DNA of 35,921 bases from a virus, in IMG/VR virus record IMGVR_UViG_3300017978_000288, positions 1 through 35,921 of that record, one strand, 5' to 3'. The position numbers were made by a program, and so were the translations under genes. Each line of letters opens with the position of its first letter. Positions within the stretch are counted from its first letter, which is position 1. Below are positions 31,621 to 35,921 of the stretch, one piece after another. The notes under the pieces were generated by a model, which was not told the DNA's origin, did no database searches, and saw only the letters and a list, made by a program, of their open reading frames with translations.

Positions 31621-32766
31621 TTAAAATATATGAGTAATTCGGCAAATTTGCCCATGAACTTTTGAATGTAAGAAACCTTCGATAGCTTTTACCCCTCCTA
31701 TGCCATAACCGTTGCGATGGTGCCATGAATCAGTACCACTAGGGCTTCTTAAAGATTCGATAGTTATACCAATTAAATCTTTTGAAGTTTTATGATGAAC
31801 ATGGTGAGTATAAAAATATCTATGCTTAGTATCACCCCAATCTTTCTTAGCCTCCTCTGCCATTAGCAAACCTAAATCTGCCTGCTTTGCTCCATCACCA
31901 TGAGTAGTGCCGATAAGGTTCTCAAAGTATCTGTAATACTTACGATGTGCAATTGAACAATCAAATGTAATATTAGAAGAATGTCTGAACCAGGACTTAA
32001 TTGCATCAGCAAGAAAGAAGCCATTAGTATAATCATGATTAGAAGGGTTAAATACAACATGAACATTTGCAACACCTGTAAGCTTTTCAATAACTTCTAC
32101 ATAAAGTTGTTTAGCCATTAAGAAATTATCATACCACATTTGACAAACATCTTGTGATGTTCCTGCCGTAGTGGTGTTCTTAGGAGAATCAACATGGAGA
32201 ATATCATTACCAATAATTAACACTATTTGGTCAATGTTAAACCCATTTACCTTTTGTAATATACCCTCTACTCCTTCGTGTACTCTTTTTACTGCAATGT
32301 GAGAGTTATAATCCTCCCCTGTTTCAAAAGCAGTACACAACTTACCGATATGCACATCAGCTGGGTCTATAACCAACAAATGCCCATCAACTATATAATC
32401 CCTAACAATATCAGGATATACAGGTGAATGAGCATCCATTAATTCAATAATCTCATCTCTTAGATTCTCATAAGTAACTTGATTTTTATCCAACTTTACT
32501 GCTACTGAGTAATCCTTTGTCTTATCCCAATATAGATTAACACCTGTGATGTCAATACCTCTCTCTTCACAATGTTTAGCAAGCCCAGGGTTATCTTGTT
32601 GTCTTGCTAACTTATACTGAAACTTTTGCATACCCTTTCGGATTGTTTCAGAATTAAAAGTTGTACCTTCTACTGCTTTTCTAGAAGCTTCCCCTTTGCT
32701 TACACCTGTTTTATCAAGTATTTCAAGAGCCTTAGCTACTATTTGTGAATATGTTAGATTTGCCAT
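31621..32766 (-). CDS. Calcineurin-like metallophosphoesterase with ~130-aa N-terminal extension
   Basis: Ordered motifs VIDPADVH (DxH), IIGNDILH (GD), NPSNHDY (GNHD/E), TTHGDG (H), YTHHVHH (GHxH). The N-terminal region SQIVAKALEILDKTGVSKGEASRKAV is helical and possibly HTH-like. Confidence 0.7.
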   Translation of the reverse strand: MANLTYSQIVAKALEILDKTGVSKGEASRKAVEGTTFNSETIRKGMQKFQYKLARQQDNPGLAKHCEERGIDITGVNLYWDKTKDYSVAVKLDKNQVTYENLRDEIIELMDAHSPVYPDIVRDYIVDGHLLVIDPADVHIGKLCTAFETGEDYNSHIAVKRVHEGVEGILQKVNGFNIDQIVLIIGNDILHVDSPKNTTTAGTSQDVCQMWYDNFLMAKQLYVEVIEKLTGVANVHVVFNPSNHDYTNGFFLADAIKSWFRHSSNITFDCSIAHRKYYRYFENLIGTTHGDGAKQADLGLLMAEEAKKDWGDTKHRYFYTHHVHHKTSKDLIGITIESLRSPSGTDSWHHRNGYGIGGVKAIEGFLHSKVHGQICRITHIF

Positions 32767-32773
32767 TGTTTGT

Positions 32774-33211
32774 TTATTTCCAAATAAGTCGGAAGTATAA
32801 ATACAATCCGATTATTAGAGTTTCAATTAAGATGATGTAAATAGCCCAAGTAGGTACTCTGTATTTAATTACTTCCTGCTTGATAAATTGTGTTTTGGAA
32901 TTATTACTAGCCTTATACATTGAAGAGTAGATTTGTCTAACTGAATCAATGTTGATAGTAGCTTGTATATTGCCCTTAATTGAACGAATTATAACACTCC
33001 CTAGTGGTAGGTTAGATTTGTAATAAAAGTCCTTTAAACTCAAAGAATCACATGGATTCTCTATTGTTAAAGTATCGTGTACTGAACGAAAGATTTCTAC
33101 ATTGTTTGTGAGGCGAATAGTATCTCTAATCACCTCAGTATTTGAATTGATTGACTTACTTGACTTACACGAACCAAGTGCGATTAGTGTAAAGATTAGG
33201 ATGCGTTTCAT
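32774..33211 (-). CDS. Unimolecular spanin candidate (lipoprotein signal plus C-terminal TM)
   Basis: MKRILIFTLIALGSC has a lipobox-like LGSC. The C-terminal TM is WAIYIILIETLIIGLYLYF. The gene is immediately downstream of the endolysin. Confidence 0.5.
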   Translation of the reverse strand: MKRILIFTLIALGSCKSSKSINSNTEVIRDTIRLTNNVEIFRSVHDTLTIENPCDSLSLKDFYYKSNLPLGSVIIRSIKGNIQATINIDSVRQIYSSMYKASNNSKTQFIKQEVIKYRVPTWAIYIILIETLIIGLYLYFRLIWK

Positions 33212-33222
33212 TTAGTTTGTGT

Positions 33223-33678
33223 TTATGAGAAGTAGATTTTAGCTTCTTCTTCCCTCCTTCTTGATAATCCTGGTATAACCCTTCCTCCACCACGATTCCA
33301 TTTCTTAAACTCATCAGTAATCTTAGGGTTAGTTGGATTCCCATTAACTAATCTAAGAAGTGTTGATTTTTTTAATGCAGCAGTTCCACAATTGTAGGCA
33401 AACGAAACCAAGGCATCAAATTGATTTTGGTTTATGTCATCTCTACAATAAGAATCAACTGCTCTCTCAAATGAAACTAAAAGAGCCATCAACAATGTTG
33501 TGGCTTCTTCTTCGGTAATGGATGGGTCGGTAAGTTTAACCTTATGACCATCTTCGTAGTAAGTGCTTCCGTAACCTATGGTGGGAACGGATGATGGGCA
33601 AAGGTATGGCTTAGATTTAAAGCCTTCGTATTTCTTAATCAGGTTTAACCCTTTTTGACTTACTTTTGTGATTTTCAT
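33223..33678 (-). CDS. Endolysin, GH24 (T4-lysozyme-like) muramidase
   Basis: KKYEGFKSKPYLCPSSVPTIGYG fits the E-x8-(D/C)-x5-T catalytic signature exactly (E18, C27, T33). No N-terminal SAR/TM segment. Confidence 0.85.
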   Translation of the reverse strand: MKITKVSQKGLNLIKKYEGFKSKPYLCPSSVPTIGYGSTYYEDGHKVKLTDPSITEEEATTLLMALLVSFERAVDSYCRDDINQNQFDALVSFAYNCGTAALKKSTLLRLVNGNPTNPKITDEFKKWNRGGGRVIPGLSRRREEEAKIYFS

Positions 33679-33958
33679 CGAATTGGTCTAGTTTATCTTC
33701 TAAGCGAGATATAGTCAATCGTAACTCTTGATTCTCTTTACTAAGCAATTCAACTTGCTCTGTTAGCTTCTCAACCTTCAATGTCATTGTTTCTGCTAAG
33801 TCTTGCCAAATTTTCACTGCCTTATCTACATTATCAAGTTCACTACCTTTTACTTCAACATTCTCTTTCTTTCTACCTGTAAAGAAAGCTACTACACCTA
33901 CTATTGCAGTCCATATAGCATTGAAAGGATTGATTATATTATCAAAGTTATTATCCAT
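33635..33958 (-). CDS. Single-TM coiled-coil protein: holin or i-spanin-like lysis protein
   Basis: 107 aa. TM segment AIWTAIVGVVAFFTG, then a charged coiled coil (KVEKLTEQVELLSKENQELRLTISRLEDKL). Overlaps the endolysin start by 44 nt. Confidence 0.4.
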   Translation of the reverse strand: MDNNFDNIINPFNAIWTAIVGVVAFFTGRKKENVEVKGSELDNVDKAVKIWQDLAETMTLKVEKLTEQVELLSKENQELRLTISRLEDKLDQFDENHKSKSKRVKPD

Positions 33959-34305
33959 TATGATTCAGTAGTTTCTTCTGGAATAGGTGATACCCAAGGA
34001 AGTGGTAGAACAATAATAGGAGGATTCTTTTCTGCTTCAATAGCATTAGCTAACCCAAGGTCAATAGCTACAACATCAAGTCCTGCATCTAACCAAGATT
34101 CTACTTGTGCCTGAGTTAAATCAGGATAAGCAGTAAAGTCTGTGTCGCTAGGGGTAGCACAAGCCATTGTACCATAAGATTCAGATGAATAAGTATCATC
34201 TTGTGCGTGTCTTCTCCAATGCACTACTGATACTACATCAATTAAATCACCTTCTTGTGGTTTGGTATCTAATTGGACTATTATCCATGAGTAAGCTATT
34301 GCCAT
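33958..34305 (-). CDS. Hypothetical protein (115 aa)
   Basis: ORF whose stop overlaps the next start. Acidic, no TM, no family recognised. Confidence 0.7.
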   Translation of the reverse strand: MAIAYSWIIVQLDTKPQEGDLIDVVSVVHWRRHAQDDTYSSESYGTMACATPSDTDFTAYPDLTQAQVESWLDAGLDVVAIDLGLANAIEAEKNPPIIVLPLPWVSPIPEETTES

Positions 34306-34309
34306 AATA

Positions 34310-34705
34310 TTAAAGTTCTATTTCTTCTATTTCTAATTCCTTAAATACTACACCACTTACCCAACCAGTTAAAAAAGGATAAGCATCTAATCCATCAGGA
34401 TTAATTACTGCAATAGGAGTGTAGTCAATCTCACTTAATAATAAATCTCTTAGTTGTTGGTTTAACTTCTTAACCCCTTCTTTGCTAAAAGAATACTCAC
34501 CTTTTTCATTTAATAATAAGTTTCCATCTTTATCAACCGAAGCATTATCTAGTCGTAAATCTTCTTTCTTCTCATTAAACTCATCAAGATGCTTTTGGAT
34601 TCTTTCTCCAATCTTAATTAATTTCTTTTGTCCCTTAGTCTTTCCTTCTCCTACATGAGCATTTAAGAATTGAACTAGGGTCATTAATTGTGCGTTGGTT
34701 TTCAT
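34310..34705 (-). CDS. Hypothetical protein (131 aa from ATG 34705)
   Basis: The ORF-track start at 34738 lies inside a -7-like box (TATATTTG, 34736-34743 on the minus strand). MKTNAQ at 34705 is preferred. Confidence 0.65.
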   Translation of the reverse strand: MKTNAQLMTLVQFLNAHVGEGKTKGQKKLIKIGERIQKHLDEFNEKKEDLRLDNASVDKDGNLLLNEKGEYSFSKEGVKKLNQQLRDLLLSEIDYTPIAVINPDGLDAYPFLTGWVSGVVFKELEIEEIEL

Positions 34706-34757
34706 TTTATTTTGGATGTTTATGTTTTGAATGAGCAAATATAATAATATTTAGCAA

Positions 34758-35885
34758 TTATGTTGCACTTGTAGACCTTTTTACAAATCCATTAGCATCT
34801 ACAAATAAATCTCCTACAATTAAACCACTTGTACTTGTATCTCCTATATTCAACTTACCTGTTGTTTTAATTCTACTAGCTTCCAATCTTAATCCTGGAT
34901 TTGAAGGTAAGTTGTTTGATGAAATAGCTATTCTTGCATATCCTGATTCGCTATCACCTAAAAATTGCATTTGACATGAATTACCACCAACCCAGTTTAC
35001 ATTTACACCACCATAAGCCCCCGAATCACCTGATGGGGAAGCAAACATTGATGAATTACCAATAGTTTGTGAACCAGTAAATATAGGAATTGTAGCATAA
35101 CTACCACTACCACTAATATTACCTGTACCTCCACCTGTACCTATTGCAGTACCATTAACTTTAAATGTTCCGTTAATATTAACATCTCCATTAACTTGTA
35201 ATTGACCTCCACCTGCTATGCCAGTTGTTGTGTTTATCATTACAATCTTAGAAGATGTAATTCTCATTGCCTCCGAAAAACCAATTAAAATACCTAGATG
35301 TGATGAGTTAATAATCATTGGTATTGAACCAAATGTATTATTTACTGCATTAACAAATATTGAATCATCACTAGAAAATAAACTAGCCCTACCAATACCA
35401 AAATTTAAGTTAGCAAAAGGTTGTACTGTAAGTTTGTATAAAGGAGATGTAGTTCCAATAGCAAAATTATTCCCATCATCAAAAGCAACACTATTAGTTA
35501 ATGATGTAGCACCACTCCATTTAGTTAAGAAGTTAGTTGTACCACTACCTGATACACCTCCACCACCACCTGTACCAATAGATGTACCATTGATTCTAAA
35601 AGCACCTGTAATATTAATATCACCAACTACATCAAGCCTGTAAGCAGGAGATGAATTGTTTATACCTACATTACCTGTGTTGTAGAATATATTAGCACCA
35701 CTTGTTGTCCATTGAGTAGCAGGAGAAGTAGTTGTTAAGATATTTCCACTTGAATCAAAACCTAAATAGCCAGCAACAGTTCCTGTGAATGAAGTTGTTG
35801 ATGTGTAAAAAGGGAATGTCAATCTTCCTGATGTAATTCCTTTTACATAATTAATTAGTTCCGATAAATCAGTATTTTTTGACAT
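34758..35885 (-). CDS. Second tail fibre protein (short, no chaperone domain)
   Basis: 375 aa. Shares the TTN(F/Y)..KWSG...LTNS..FD.G.N..IGT.SP.YKL.V module with the 1328-aa fibre. Has an internal duplication (RINGTSIGTGGGGGVSGSG / KVNGTAIGTGGGTGNISGSG). Its start lies 1 nt after the long-fibre stop across the contig junction. Confidence 0.7.
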   Translation of the reverse strand: MSKNTDLSELINYVKGITSGRLTFPFYTSTTSFTGTVAGYLGFDSSGNILTTTSPATQWTTSGANIFYNTGNVGINNSSPAYRLDVVGDINITGAFRINGTSIGTGGGGGVSGSGTTNFLTKWSGATSLTNSVAFDDGNNFAIGTTSPLYKLTVQPFANLNFGIGRASLFSSDDSIFVNAVNNTFGSIPMIINSSHLGILIGFSEAMRITSSKIVMINTTTGIAGGGQLQVNGDVNINGTFKVNGTAIGTGGGTGNISGSGSYATIPIFTGSQTIGNSSMFASPSGDSGAYGGVNVNWVGGNSCQMQFLGDSESGYARIAISSNNLPSNPGLRLEASRIKTTGKLNIGDTSTSGLIVGDLFVDANGFVKRSTSAT

Positions 35886-35921
35886 CTTATTTTGCTTCTA
35901 TTTTTGCATTTAATTCTTGAA
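35867..35921. repeat. Terminal direct overlap, copy 2 (identical to 1..55)
   Basis: Exact 55-nt identity with the window start. Confidence 0.95.

Noticed and set aside
31502-32090. Minus-strand ORFs 31502..31726 and 31872..32090, overlapping the metallophosphoesterase gene or its 3' region in other frames
   Set aside because: The metallophosphoesterase frame carries ordered catalytic motifs. The alternatives are out-of-frame, and one runs through the terminator hairpins.
33803-35643. Plus-strand ORFs 33803..34114 and 35218..35643, antisense to the late genes
   Set aside because: The first spans a gene boundary on the opposite strand. The second is the antisense of Gly-rich fibre repeats (it yields PPPPPVP). 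Neither has expression signals.
1-35921. Lysogeny module (integrase, excisionase, CI/Cro-type switch, attP)
   Set aside because: No tyrosine or serine recombinase motifs, or a repressor-sized HTH protein, were seen in any ORF. The only regulator is a 66-aa RHH protein, so a temperate lifestyle cannot be supported from this sequence.

Overview
The window is a complete, circularly closed genome of an AT-rich tailed dsDNA phage. Bases 1-55 are identical to 35867-35921, so the unique length is 35,866 bp. It has an HK97-type head module and a siphovirus-like (long non-contractile tail) gene order. All family calls come from motifs read by eye, because no homology search could be run.

Expression signals suggest a Bacteroidota (Flavobacteriia-like) host; this is inference. 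The signals are: no Shine-Dalgarno sequences, A-rich ACAATG start contexts, and TTTG-N19-TAnnATTG promoter-like boxes.

Two gene arms diverge from a 1.17-kb ORF-free hub (18064-19236).
- The late arm runs on the minus strand from terS (18063). It continues through terL, portal, MuF-like protein, prohead protease, major capsid, connector proteins, major tail protein, G/GT chaperones, tape measure, tail-tip proteins and a 1328-aa fibre.
- It then crosses the contig junction into a second fibre gene (35885->34758), two unknown genes, a lysis cassette and a metallophosphoesterase, ending at 31621.
- The early/replication arm runs on the plus strand (19300->31427) as at least five terminator-punctuated units. 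It holds many small unknown ORFs, an RHH regulator, two HNH-type endonucleases, RusA, an SSB-like protein, a PD-(D/E)XK exonuclease, an orphan C5 cytosine methyltransferase and DnaB.

No integrase, repressor, tRNA, rRNA, CRISPR array, reverse transcriptase, DNA polymerase or primase was recognised.

Most interesting observations:
1. The GC-elevated, repeat-dense hub, flanked by inverted arms built from 12-bp-phased iterons.
2. An A10 run at the end of a tail gene whose -1 frame exactly fills an otherwise unexplained 88-nt gap.
3. A lysis cassette with a unimolecular-spanin-like lipoprotein and no canonical holin.
4. A metallophosphoesterase with an extra N-terminal domain, appended after the lysis genes.
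5. A terminator-bracketed two-gene cassette (membrane protein plus RHH) with its own repeat-rich leader.
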